NCBI GenBank assembly: GCA_963732385.1
Contig: CAVSZB010000007.1
Coordinates: 544,001 to 608,000, forward strand
Length of the DNA stretch: 64,000 nt
Direction: 5' to 3'
Source: an uncultured bacterium
GTDB taxonomy: Bacteria > Krumholzibacteriota > Krumholzibacteriia > LZORAL124-64-63
Shown here: positions 1 through 11,279 of the stretch, one piece after another
How the letters are laid out: each line of letters starts with the position of its first letter
Position numbering within the stretch: position 1 is the stretch's first letter
Position numbers and translations under genes: made by a program
Notes under the pieces: model-generated
What the model saw: only the letters and a program-made list of their open reading frames with translations
What the model was told of the DNA's origin: nothing
The model's database searches: none

Positions 1-145
1 TGGTCTCGACCAGCCGCAGGACGCTGTTGAGAAAACCGAAGCAGACCGACACGGTCTCGCCGCCGGGCGCGGTGAGCGGACGGCCCGCGAACGCGAAGTG
101 CGCACGGTAGACCAGCGCCGAACCGTCGACGAGGATCAGGGACAT
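1..145 (-). CDS. polA: DNA polymerase I, N-terminal fragment (runs off the window edge)
   Basis: Manual translation MSLILVDGSALVYRAHFAFAGRPLTAPGGETVSVCFGFLNSVLRLVET matches the 5'-3' exonuclease N-terminus (L.DG..L.YRA.FA); overlaps the nadD stop. Confidence 0.9.
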   Translation of the reverse strand, partial: MSLILVDGSALVYRAHFAFAGRPLTAPGGETVSVCFGFLNSVLRLVET

Positions 146-750
146 GGCCCCCCCCCGTCGCTCCCGTCCGCCGGCGCGCCGCCGTACAGTCCATGCCGCT
201 CGATGTACGCCAGCACCGTCGGCGGCAGGAGTCCCGCCGGACGACGCCCCGCCGCCAGCGCCGCGCGGACTTCCGTGGAGGCGGCGGGGCAGGCGAAGCC
301 GGCAACGATCGTCGCGCGGGGGCGCAACTCCGCCGCCAGCACGACTGCGGCGTCGCCTCGCGGGAAGACCAGCAGATCGGCAAGCTGAAGCAGGCGCTCC
401 GGCTGCCGCCAGCGGTGGAACTCCTCCAGGTTATCGGCGCCGATGAGCAGCCGCCATACCTCGCCGGGGTACTGTTCGGTCAGCGATTCAAGCGTTTCAA
501 CGGTGAAGCTCGGGCCGGACCGTTTCGCCTCGAAATCCGACACCTCGACCGCCGCGAGTCCGGCCACTCCCAGTTCGGCCATGCGCAGGCGGTGCTCGCC
601 CGCGGCGGCCGGCGACGACTTGTGCGGATTGTGCCCCGCGGGCATGACCATGACCAGGTCCGCCAGGCCACGCTGGAGGGTCGCGCGGATCATCGCGAGG
701 TGCCCGTCATGGAACGGGTCGAAGGAACCGCCGAACAGGGCCCGTCTCAT
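136..750 (-). CDS. nadD: Nicotinate-nucleotide adenylyltransferase
   Basis: FGGSFDPFHDGH (HxGH), PHK, SFTVETL, LLIGAD..F.RW, ASTEVR, YI..HGLY. Confidence 0.93.
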   Translation of the reverse strand: MRRALFGGSFDPFHDGHLAMIRATLQRGLADLVMVMPAGHNPHKSSPAAAGEHRLRMAELGVAGLAAVEVSDFEAKRSGPSFTVETLESLTEQYPGEVWRLLIGADNLEEFHRWRQPERLLQLADLLVFPRGDAAVVLAAELRPRATIVAGFACPAASTEVRAALAAGRRPAGLLPPTVLAYIERHGLYGGAPADGSDGGGPCP

Positions 751-1523
751 GACCCTTCGCGCGGGAGGCGCGCCAGCGCTCGCTGCGCTGCGGCCGCCTC
801 AGGGCTGTCGGGGTGGTCAGCGACAAGGCGCTGCCAGGCCACCTTCGCGTCCTCAGGTCGCTTCGCCCGAAGAGCCACCTCGGCCCGGCGCAGCAGCAGT
901 CGGGGTCGCAGGCGCCCCTCCTTCTCCTGTGCCAGTACGGTGTCGAGCACCACGCCCGCCGCGAGCGGCTGACCGAGTTGCACGTACACCTCGGCTTCGC
1001 CCAGCTTCTTCTGCAATTCCAGATCGCTGATGCGCACCAGGTAGTCCCGGGCCTCGGGCGCACGGGGATCCTCCGGCCAGTCGGCCAGGAAGCGCCGGAA
1101 CCGGCTCCTCGCCTCGAGGGCCGGCGCGATATCACGTTCCATGCGCCCTACCTGCCTGTACAGCGCCACCCCCTCCAGGAACCATGACTCGCTCACGAAT
1201 TCGCTGGTCGGATACTCCTGCCGCAGAATCTGCAGTTCCACGGCCGCGAGGGGGTACTCCTTGAGTTTCATCAACGCCAGCGTCTTCAGCCGCTGCGCGG
1301 GTGCAGCGAGCGAATCGCCCGGGCTGCGCCGGAGAAACTGCTCGATCGTCGTCAAGGCCTCGCGATCGTGACCCCGCTCGTGATCGAAAAGGGCCCGCTC
1401 GTAGGTGGCGGAGGGGAGGCGATTGGAACCGGCGCACCCCCCCATGGCAAGCGCCGTCAAGGCCAGGGCAAGACCCGCGCACGCCGCGACGAACCGCGAA
1501 CAGGAATGTGATGCAGCAACCAA
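747..1523 (-). CDS. bamD: Outer membrane protein assembly factor BamD-like TPR lipoprotein
   Basis: Lipobox-like AMGGC, TPR helices, YPTSEF, RDIAPA.EA...F..FL..WP; TTG start at 1523 after GGGAGG. Confidence 0.75.
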   Translation of the reverse strand: MVAASHSCSRFVAACAGLALALTALAMGGCAGSNRLPSATYERALFDHERGHDREALTTIEQFLRRSPGDSLAAPAQRLKTLALMKLKEYPLAAVELQILRQEYPTSEFVSESWFLEGVALYRQVGRMERDIAPALEARSRFRRFLADWPEDPRAPEARDYLVRISDLELQKKLGEAEVYVQLGQPLAAGVVLDTVLAQEKEGRLRPRLLLRRAEVALRAKRPEDAKVAWQRLVADHPDSPEAAAAQRALARLPREGS

Positions 1524-1554
1524 CGTGACCTCCCGCCGCGCCGGCAGAGCCGGC

Positions 1555-2316
1555 TCAGCTGCCCGTGTTCGCGAAATAGAGCGCCACAAGTCCGGCCAAC
1601 GTGCCGAGCACGACCGTCTGCTCGACCCGCCGCCGCCAACCCACCTCCGCGACCTCGGCATCGGTGAATGTGTACGCGGAGGAACGCACGTCGTCCAAAC
1701 GATTGGCAGGCACACGATCGCCGTAGGCCCGGGTCACGCGCTCGTCGTAGAGCATCCGCCCGGTGTCGCGATCCAGGATCGTCACCAGCACGGTGACGCT
1801 CAACTCGCGGTCGACCCACTGCCGCCACAGGCCGAAGCGTCGTCCGACGCGTGGATAGACGAGCGCGATCTCCTCGCACGACAGGCGCAGTTCACTGCTG
1901 CCCGCTGGCAGACGCGAAGTGGGCGCCGACTTGCCCGCGATGTCCCGCTCATCGAGATAGATCGTGTAGCCCCGCGGCTTGAGCAGGTCCTCGACGGCAC
2001 CGATAAGGAGGGCATTGCCAGGCGCCTTGACCAGCGGCCGCACCACGACGTCGCCGGGAGCCGGGGGCAGCGCCGCCGCGATCTCCGCCACGACCTCAGC
2101 CAGCACCGCCTGCGCCAGCCACACGTTCGTGCGAACGGTATCGAACACGCCGACGCCAGGCAGGCGCGGCGTCGGCGCGCGCACCTGCGCCGTATCGCCG
2201 CCGGCGATCGCCGCGGCGCTGCACGGCCTGGCGAGCGGAAGCCACGCCAAGCCGGCCACCGCCAACACGGCCGCCAGGACCAGACCGCGCGCCACCCGCG
2301 TCAAACCGGCTCGCAT
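1555..2316 (-). CDS. Hypothetical exported/membrane protein
   Basis: Signal-like N-terminus, C-terminal hydrophobic helix; coupled between rimO and bamD. Confidence 0.65.
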   Translation of the reverse strand: MRAGLTRVARGLVLAAVLAVAGLAWLPLARPCSAAAIAGGDTAQVRAPTPRLPGVGVFDTVRTNVWLAQAVLAEVVAEIAAALPPAPGDVVVRPLVKAPGNALLIGAVEDLLKPRGYTIYLDERDIAGKSAPTSRLPAGSSELRLSCEEIALVYPRVGRRFGLWRQWVDRELSVTVLVTILDRDTGRMLYDERVTRAYGDRVPANRLDDVRSSAYTFTDAEVAEVGWRRRVEQTVVLGTLAGLVALYFANTGS

Positions 2317-3758
2317 GCCGCACCGCCTCCGTTCAGGTTCCCGTCCGGACTCGCCACCGCGAGCGCGTCCCAGGGCGTGACCGCGACGAGGTCCGCCGTC
2401 AACCATTCGCCGGGGTGGCGTCCTCTGCCATCCAGCAGAACCACGCCGTCCAGGTCATAGCCGAAATGCACCGTGCGCGCCAGGGCCACCGGGCCCGCCG
2501 CGTCGCCAACAACATCAACCCGTGTCCGGTTCCAGCCCGGTGCCCACTCCCCCTCGCGCAGCGCGTCGATCGTCTCGGCCACGTCGACCCCCGGCACCAC
2601 CGCATCGACGACGGCTAAGTACGTTCCCCCCAGCCGGCGCCGCTGCCGCCGCAGCGCCACCTCCGCCTGCAGATCGAGCAGACGCGCTTCGCGGTCCGCC
2701 ACCTCTTCATCCGGCACCCGATCCGGCAGCGCGGCCGCCGGGGTGCCCGGCTCGGGAGAATAGCGGTAGGTGCCGAGATGGTCAAACTCGACGCGGGCGA
2801 GGAAATCAGCCAGCAGCTCCACATCTTCTTCCGTCTCCCCGGGGAAACCGAGCAGGACGGTGGTGCGCAGGACAAGCTCCGGCAACTCCGCCCGCAGGGA
2901 GAGGAAGAACTCGGCCATCGCCTCCGCGTCCGGCGGACGACGCATGGCGCGCAACACCGCCGGCGACGCGTGCTGGATCGGCAGATCCAGGTACGGAACC
3001 ACCTTCGGCAGCGACAGCAGGCGCCGGACAGCCGCCAGCGACAGGTGTCCGGGGTACAGGTAGAGCAGCCGGATCCGGCGCAGATCCGGCACCCCGCTCA
3101 GGTCCGTCACCAGCGCGACCAGATCACTGCCGAGGTCACGCCCCCAGTCACTGGTGTTCTGGCTGACCAGTTGGATCTCACGCACGCCGCGCGCGGCCAG
3201 TGCGGCCGTTTCGGCCAGAATATCGATCGCGGGCCGGCTGCGCAGGGGACCGCGGATGCGGGGTATCCGGCAGTAGGAACAGGCGCAGCCGCACCCCTCG
3301 CCGATCTTCACGAACGCCACGTGGGCCGGCGTCAGCAGCGGCCGGTCGGCGAAGCCGTCGTAGCGGGCGGCCTCCGGCGCTCCGACCAGCGGTCCGGAGG
3401 CACCGTCGAGAGCGGCGTCCACGACCACGCCGAAATTCCCGACTCCGGCCACCACATCCACGGCGGGAAAACGCGCCGCGATCTCGGCCGCGTGTTCCTG
3501 GGCCAGACAGCCCATGACGACGAGCGTGCGCCGTCGGCCCTTGACCCCGGCCAGTCCCGCCAGCGCGTCCCAGCTGTCGGCGCGCGACGCGGCGATGAAC
3601 CCGCACGTGTTCAGCACCCAGATGTCCGCCTCGTCCGGCTTCCGGGCGACCGCCACCCCCCGCGCAGCGAAGCGTCCCAGCACCGCCTCGGAATCGACCA
3701 GATTCTTGTCGCAGCCGAGCGTGTGGACCCAGACGCTGCGAACGCGCGTGGGGATCAC
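2301..3758 (-). CDS. rimO: Ribosomal protein S12 methylthiotransferase
   Basis: LGCDKNLVDSE, NTCGFI, radical-SAM C..xC..C (EGCGCACSYCRIP), PYLDLPIQH, GFPGET, DLDG. Confidence 0.92.
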   Translation of the reverse strand: MIPTRVRSVWVHTLGCDKNLVDSEAVLGRFAARGVAVARKPDEADIWVLNTCGFIAASRADSWDALAGLAGVKGRRRTLVVMGCLAQEHAAEIAARFPAVDVVAGVGNFGVVVDAALDGASGPLVGAPEAARYDGFADRPLLTPAHVAFVKIGEGCGCACSYCRIPRIRGPLRSRPAIDILAETAALAARGVREIQLVSQNTSDWGRDLGSDLVALVTDLSGVPDLRRIRLLYLYPGHLSLAAVRRLLSLPKVVPYLDLPIQHASPAVLRAMRRPPDAEAMAEFFLSLRAELPELVLRTTVLLGFPGETEEDVELLADFLARVEFDHLGTYRYSPEPGTPAAALPDRVPDEEVADREARLLDLQAEVALRRQRRRLGGTYLAVVDAVVPGVDVAETIDALREGEWAPGWNRTRVDVVGDAAGPVALARTVHFGYDLDGVVLLDGRGRHPGEWLTADLVAVTPWDALAVASPDGNLNGGGAACEPV

Positions 3759-6086
3759 TCCCCCTCCTCCTGCGCCAGCGGATCGACCGTCTCCCCCAGG
3801 TCATCCGGCCGCAGCAGCACGTCGCGCGCCTTGCTGCCGGTGAACGGCCCGACGATCCCCGCCTCCTCGAGCATGTCCATCAGTCGACCCGCCCGGGTGT
3901 ATCCGACGCGCAAACGCCGCTGCAGTAGCGAGGTGGAACCGCTCTGGTGGAGCACCACCACCCGCTTCGCGGCTTCGAACAGATCGTCCTCGCCCCGTAC
4001 GTCGGAATCGCCCCCCTCGCGCTCCTCGGCCAGCTGGACCGGTCGCGTGAGGTCGGCGAAACGACGCCAATGCGTCACGATCGCTTCGCACTCCTCGAGT
4101 TCCAGGAACGCGCCGTGGACCCGCACCGGGAGAGCGCGCCCAGGCTGGAGATACAGCATGTCTCCGTGCCCAAGCAGACGTTCGGCGCCGTTGAGATCGA
4201 GAATGGTACGCGAGTCGTTCTTCTGGATGACGCGGAAGGCGATGCGACAGGGGATGTTCGCCTTGATAACACCGGTCAGCACATCCACGGAGGGGCGCTG
4301 CGTGGCCAGGATCAGATGAATGCCGACCGCCCGCGCCTTCTGCGCGAGCCGGGTGATCGGCAGTTCGAAGTCCTGGCCGAGCTGCATCATCAGGTCCGCC
4401 AGTTCATCGACGATGGTCAGGTAGTAGGGCATCGGCTCAGTGACCGTCTCCCCTTCCTCGGTCACGATCTCGCCCCGCGCCACCTTCGTATTGTAGCCCT
4501 CGATGTTGCGCACACTATGTCGCGCCAGCCGCCGATAGCGATGGTCCATCTGGGCTTCCATCCACTTCAGCGCCCGCAGGGCCTCCCGGGGATCGGTCAC
4601 GACCGGCAGCAGCAGGTGGGGAATCCCGTTGTAGACGCTCATCTCGAGCATCTTCGGGTCGATCAGCACCAACCGCACGCGTGAAGGATCGTTGCGCAGG
4701 AGCAGATTGCAGATGATCGCGTTGAGGCAGACGCTCTTGCCGCTGCCGGTCGAACCGGCCACGAGCAGGTGCGGCTGCGCCGCGAGATCGATCACCACCG
4801 GCTGGCCGACGACGTCCTTGCCCAACACCACAGAGAGCGGCGTGTTGAGGCGCTCGCCCGCACCGACCAGAACCTCCTTGAGCCGCACGATCTGCGCCTG
4901 GGGATTGGGAATTTCGATGCCGACGGCGGCCTTGCCCGGAATCGGCGCCTCCATGCGGATCGAGCGTGCGCGCATGGCCAGCGCCAGATCGTCGGCGCGC
5001 TGGACGATCTGCGTCACCTTGATGCCGGCCGCCGGCTGGTACTCGAAGGTCGTCACGACCGGCCCGGGCCGGACGTCCTTGACCTCCCCCTCCACGCCAA
5101 ACGAGCGCAACGTCCCCTCGAGCAGGTCGGCGGCACCATTGAGCGCGGCCGGATCAATCCGTACGCTCTCGGGGGTGGCGTCTTGCAGCAGCCCCAGGTC
5201 CGGCAGGGGAACCGGTCCACCGCCCCCCGCGCCCTGCGGCTCCAGTTCCGGCCACTCCGGGTCGCCGTTCTCCACGACGTTCCGCGCTGCCACCGCGCCG
5301 ACCGGCAGGGCGCCGCTCGGGTCGTCCGACACGCCCGCGTCGACATGCACCTGCCGACGACGTTTCGGCACCGCATCACCCGGGCCGTCAACTCTCCGTG
5401 CCGCAGCCGGCGTCGCCGCCGGCGATGCCGGGATGCGTACGGAACTGCCGCGCACCTCCCGCACCGCCCGCGCCGCCAACTGCCACACCCCGCGCGGGAT
5501 CGCCGCGAATCGACGGCCCACAAACGCCAGACCGGCGCCGATGACCGGTCCCAAGCGCAACCCGAGCGGCTCCCAGACCGGCCACAATGCCCAACTGAGA
5601 CCGGCCAGCGCGAGCAGGGAGAGAAATATGCCGGCGCCGTAGGGTCCGAACAGCGCGGCAAAGCCACGCCCCAGCAGCCAGCCCGGGACACCGCCCCAAT
5701 CGGCCGCGGCCGGCGAAGCGAATGGCCCCGCCGGCTGCGCCAGCCAGGCGACAGTGGCGAGCCAGGCCGGCCACCAGCGCCGCACCAAACGTCGCGCCAA
5801 TCCATGTCCGGAAGCGAGCCGTACCGTTCCGGAAAATGTCAGCAGCAGAGGCACGCCCCACTGCCAGAGCGCACCAGCGAACGCACGCAAAGCAGTCCCA
5901 ACCGCAGCCCCTACCGGCCCGCCCGGGTGCCCAAGCACCAGCAGCGGCCCCTCCTGAGCGCCGCGCCACAGGTCCAGCCAACGAGCCGCCGGGCCGGTCA
6001 GGCAGAGAAAAAGGTACAGGCCAAACGCCAACTGGAGCAGCCCCGTCAGACGCAGGGCTTCCCGCCAGCCGCGCCCGCGCCGCGGG

Positions 6087-6115
<29 letters not shown>
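3755..6115 (-). CDS. ftsK: DNA translocase FtsK (start approximate)
   Basis: N-terminal TM region, GPVVT, PHLLVAGSTGSGKSV, IDPKMLE, VDELADLMM, ATQRPSVDV, gamma domain SLLQRRLRVGYTRAGRL. Confidence 0.95.
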
Positions 6116-7469
<1,354 letters not shown>

Positions 7470-7529
7470 GGGATGCTCTCCGTGGTGCCCGCGCGGGCCG
7501 CCCCGGCGGGGCGCGTTCCCGTGCCGCCC

Positions 7530-7558
7530 ATTGTCGCCGCCAGAAGCGGGGATGGCAA
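7530..7558 (-). promoter_or_regulatory. Putative sigma70 promoter of accC (TTGCCA-17 bp-GACAAT)
   Basis: Hexamers at 7558-7553 and 7535-7530 with a 17-bp spacer; lies immediately outside the IS left end. Confidence 0.5.
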
Positions 7559-7559
7559 G

Positions 7560-8782
7560 CCTTGTGCCGTCGAAATTGTCTCTGGCGTCCCCGTTGCACA
7601 GATCCCGTCCATGGACGCCCTCAATCACCCCTCAACCTGTTTCCTCCCGCCCTTCTGTCCCAACCCCAACTGTCTGCACCACAACACCTTGACCTCAGGC
7701 TGGCGCTTCAAGCGCGCCGGCTTCTTCGCCCGTCTCATCGCCCCCCACCGTGTCCAGAGGTTTACATGTCTGCACTGCCACCGCTCCTTCAGTTCACAGA
7801 CCTTCGCCTCCACCTACTGGCTCAAACGTCCCGATCTGCCCCAACTCATCTTCTTGAAGACCGTCGGCGGCATGGCCAACCGTCAGATCGCTCGCGATGT
7901 CCGCGCCGCACCCTCCACCATCGATCGCCTCATCGCCCGCATCGGACGCCACTGCATGCTGTTCCACACCCAGCTCATCGCCGGAGTCCGTCCTCAGGGT
8001 GACCTCGTCCTGGACGGCTTCGAGTCCTACGAGTTCAGCCAGTACCACCCCTTCCACCACCACCTGCTCGCCGAGGCCGACACCAGCTTCTTCTGGTACT
8101 TCTCCGACAGCCCCTTGCGCCGCAAGGGTCGCATGACCGACCAGCAGAAACGCCGCCGCGAACAGCTCGAACTGCGCCTCGGCCGACCCGACCCCAGGGC
8201 GGTCGAGAAGGACGTCCGCCACCTGCTCGAAACCGTCCTGACCCACGAATCGGAGGTGACACTCAGGAGTGACGACCACCGCGCCTATCCGCGGGCCTTC
8301 CGCGGGCTCGACTGCCTGATCCATCACCTCATCACGCCATCAACGCAGCGGCGGGACGCGGACAACCTGCTGTTCGAGATCAACCTGCTCGACCTGATCC
8401 TCCGGCACGCCCAGGCCAACCACAAGCGGGAGACGATCGCAGCGTCGAAGCGGCGGCAGGGCTCGTCGGAGCGGATGGTGATCTTCCTGACCTGGCGCAA
8501 CTACCTGAATTACCGGCGGGAAAAGCGATGTCGACAGACGCCGGCGATGCTCAAGGGGATGCTCGATCGACCGCTGCGAGTGGAGGAGGTGCTGAAAGAA
8601 CGGCTGTTCCGGACCCGGATCAAGTTGCCGCAGAGGTGGGCGGAGTACTATGAACGGCTGGTGATCACGCCGGTACTGGGGCGCAACAGGCGGCATGAAC
8701 TGAAGTATGCGTTCTGAGCGTGATTCGAAAGTGGCTACATATGCTTATGGCTAAGCTCGGCAACAATCTCGACGGCACAAGG
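7560..8782 (+). mobile_element. IS1-like insertion sequence (~1.22 kb) with 20-bp terminal inverted repeats
   Basis: Left CCTTGTGCCGTCGAAATTGT (7560-7579) vs reverse complement of the right end CCTTGTGCCGTCGAGATTGT (8763-8782), 19/20 identical; encloses one transposase ORF oriented opposite to the flanking genes. Confidence 0.85.
7611..8717 (+). CDS. IS1/IS1595-like transposase (Zn-ribbon + HTH + RNase H-fold catalytic domain)
   Basis: CPNPNC...C.HC zinc ribbon, ANRQIAR....PSTI HTH, VLDGFES, RSDDHRAY, INLLDLILRH, TPAM. Confidence 0.82.
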   Translation: MDALNHPSTCFLPPFCPNPNCLHHNTLTSGWRFKRAGFFARLIAPHRVQRFTCLHCHRSFSSQTFASTYWLKRPDLPQLIFLKTVGGMANRQIARDVRAAPSTIDRLIARIGRHCMLFHTQLIAGVRPQGDLVLDGFESYEFSQYHPFHHHLLAEADTSFFWYFSDSPLRRKGRMTDQQKRRREQLELRLGRPDPRAVEKDVRHLLETVLTHESEVTLRSDDHRAYPRAFRGLDCLIHHLITPSTQRRDADNLLFEINLLDLILRHAQANHKRETIAASKRRQGSSERMVIFLTWRNYLNYRREKRCRQTPAMLKGMLDRPLRVEEVLKERLFRTRIKLPQRWAEYYERLVITPVLGRNRRHELKYAF

Positions 8783-8784
8783 GA

Positions 8785-9927
8785 TCAGATTCGCGAAAAT
8801 TGTGGTTCCGGCGCGGCTGGTTCCGTGGCCTCGAATCGATCCCAGCTGACATCCGAACTAGCCTGAATGCCCTTAACTCGCAACGCGAATTCATGGGGGT
8901 TCGAGCTGGCCTTGAGCGCCTCCTCCAGAGAAATGACCTTCTCGCGGTAGAGCGCCATCAGCGCCTGATCGAAGGTCTGCATCTGGTACTGGACGAAGCC
9001 GTCCTGGATCGCCTGGCGGATCATCACCGTTTTCTCCGGGTCCACGATGTACTCGCGAATCGTGCTGGTATTGATCATGACTTCCACCGCCGGATACCGC
9101 CGCGTGCCGGTTATGTCAGGAATCAAGCGCTGCGAAATGATCGCCTGCAGAGTCGAAGCCAACAGGTAGCGGATCTCCTGGTGCTGGTGTGGCGGGAAGA
9201 ACGAGATGATGCGGCTGATCGTCTGGGTGGTGTCGATGGTGTGCAGGGTGCTGAGCACCAGGTGCCCCGTGTCGGCGGCGGTCAGAGCCACCTTCATTGA
9301 TTCGGCGTCGCGAATCTCGCCGATGAGGATGGCGTCGGGATCCTGCCGCAGGATGTGGCGCAGAGCCTCCGCGAAAGACCCTGTGTCGGTGCCCACCTCG
9401 CGCTGATTGATGATGCTCATGTTGTCGCGATGCAGAAACTCGATGGGATCCTCGATGGTGATGATGTTCGACGGCTGGGTGCTGTTGATGATGTCGACCA
9501 TTGCGGCTAATGTCGTGGACTTGCCGCTGCCGACCGTACCTGTGACGAGAATAAGCCCACGCCGGCGCGTGGACAGTTCCTTTACCGCAGCGGGCAGCCG
9601 CAAGCTGTCGAAATCAGGGATTTCCACCGGGACGTGCCGGAAGACCATCGCGATGGTGCCTCGCTGCACGTAAAAGTTGGCGCGGAAGCGGGCCAGCCCC
9701 GGCACGCCGAAAGCGAAATCGATCTCGCGCGTCGATTCGAAGATCTCGCGCTGCGCCGGCGTGAGGATCTGTTGCGCGATCTGGATCATGTCCTTGGGAC
9801 CGGGAACCGCGAAGTCCACCGCGAGCAGACGGCCGTTGACGCGCAGGATCGGTTTGACGCCGACCTTCAGGTGCAGATCGCTGGCCTTGTGCTCGATCAT
9901 CGATTGCAGGATCGGCTTGATCTCCAT
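8785..9927 (-). CDS. pilT: Type IV pilus retraction ATPase (PilT/PilU family)
   Basis: ASDLHL, RFRAN, GTVGSGKSTT, TIEDPIE, LRQDPD, GEIRD, TGHLVLSTLH, MQTFDQ. Confidence 0.92.
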   Translation of the reverse strand: MEIKPILQSMIEHKASDLHLKVGVKPILRVNGRLLAVDFAVPGPKDMIQIAQQILTPAQREIFESTREIDFAFGVPGLARFRANFYVQRGTIAMVFRHVPVEIPDFDSLRLPAAVKELSTRRRGLILVTGTVGSGKSTTLAAMVDIINSTQPSNIITIEDPIEFLHRDNMSIINQREVGTDTGSFAEALRHILRQDPDAILIGEIRDAESMKVALTAADTGHLVLSTLHTIDTTQTISRIISFFPPHQHQEIRYLLASTLQAIISQRLIPDITGTRRYPAVEVMINTSTIREYIVDPEKTVMIRQAIQDGFVQYQMQTFDQALMALYREKVISLEEALKASSNPHEFALRVKGIQASSDVSWDRFEATEPAAPEPQFSRI

Positions 9928-10044
9928 CAGGTCTCCCTCGTCGCTGACGCTCGGCGCCGCTGCGGCGAGGCCCGCGGCGGACTGAACCATGTCTGCACCA
10001 TTATCGGCAGGAAGAGCGATGCGCTTGAGGGTAACGAATACGCG

Positions 10045-10076
10045 AAAAAGGACTGCCCCGGCGGAGGGCCGGGGCA
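10045..10076 (-). terminator. Intrinsic terminator downstream of accB
   Basis: 9-bp stem TGCCCCGGC/GCCGGGGCA with a 5-nt loop, followed by GTCCTTTTT on the minus strand. Confidence 0.6.
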
Positions 10077-10125
10077 ACGGGCGTGACGCTCGGAGCGCGA
10101 ACGGTGAACCGCGACCGCACGCGGA

Positions 10126-10587
10126 CTAGTGCGGCTCGATAAGGAAGAGGATGGCTTCGGCCTCCACCGGACTAGCGTTTTCGACCAGGATCTCGCGGAT
10201 GATGCCGGCCGTTTCGGCCTCGATTTCGTTCATCACCTTCATCGCCTCGATGATGCAGACGGTCTGGCCGACCGCGATGCTATCGCCCACCGAGACGAAC
10301 GACTCCGCGCCAGGGGCGGCGGCCCGATAGAACGTGCCCACGATCGGGGAGCGGAATTCCTTCCAACGCGCGCGCTCCTCGGCCACGCCCGTCAGCGCGA
10401 CCGGTACGGGTGCGGACGGGGCGAGCGGCGGCGGATTGCCAAACTGCGGCGGCGGAACGCTCAGGACCGCTTCCGCGCTCCGTCGCTTCTGGATGCGGAT
10501 CGTAGTTCCATCGCTGGAGATTTCCAGCTCCTCGATGCCACTCTCCTCGACCAGCTTGACGAGTTGGCGGACGTCGTCGATCTGCAT
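10126..10587 (-). CDS. accB: Acetyl-CoA carboxylase biotin carboxyl carrier protein
   Basis: SPIVGTFYRA, IIEAMKVMNEIEAE biotinylation motif. Confidence 0.95.
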   Translation of the reverse strand: MQIDDVRQLVKLVEESGIEELEISSDGTTIRIQKRRSAEAVLSVPPPQFGNPPPLAPSAPVPVALTGVAEERARWKEFRSPIVGTFYRAAAPGAESFVSVGDSIAVGQTVCIIEAMKVMNEIEAETAGIIREILVENASPVEAEAILFLIEPH

Positions 10588-10615
10588 GGCTTCCTTTCCG
10601 CGGGTCGGGCCGGGC

Positions 10616-11173
10616 TCAGACGCGACCAAGGTATTTTCCGGTGCGCGTATCAACCTTCAGCACTTCACCCTGCTCGATGAAAAGCGGAACCTGCACGACC
10701 AGGCCCGTCTCCATGGTAGCCGGCTTCGATCCACCCTGCGCGGTGTCCCCACGCACGCCCGGATCAGTCTTGACGACCTTCAATTCGACCGTGTACGGCG
10801 GTTCTACAGCGAGCGGACGCTCCTCGTGCATGACCAGGATGACCTTTTCCCCTTCCTTGAGGAAAGGGACGACATCCTCGATGTTCGCCACCGGCAGGTG
10901 CATCTGTTCATACGTGACCAGGTTCATGAACGTCAGGAAATCCGCTTCGCGGTACAGGTATTGGTAGTCCTGCCGATCGATGCGGACTTCTTCCACCTTC
11001 TCTCCGGCGCGAAAGGTCTCTTCCACCACCCGGCCCGATTCGACATTCTTGAGTTTCGTGCGCACGAAGGCGCCGCCCTTGCCCGGTTTGACATGCTGAA
11101 ATTCTACGATAGACCACAGTCCCTCGCGAAACCGGATCACCATTCCATTGCGGAAATCACTGGTGGAGGCCAA
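10616..11173 (-). CDS. efp: Elongation factor P
   Basis: HVKPGKGGAFVR, PGVRGDTA, KPATMETG..VQVPLFI; TTG start. Confidence 0.97.
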   Translation of the reverse strand: MASTSDFRNGMVIRFREGLWSIVEFQHVKPGKGGAFVRTKLKNVESGRVVEETFRAGEKVEEVRIDRQDYQYLYREADFLTFMNLVTYEQMHLPVANIEDVVPFLKEGEKVILVMHEERPLAVEPPYTVELKVVKTDPGVRGDTAQGGSKPATMETGLVVQVPLFIEQGEVLKVDTRTGKYLGRV

Positions 11174-11279
11174 CGCCGCCTCGCTTTCTCCCTCAAGATT
11201 CGCCTTCAACCTCTACGAGCGCGCTCATTGATAGCATTCCGCGGCGGGGTTGGCAACGTCGGGATGGTCGGCACGCCGG

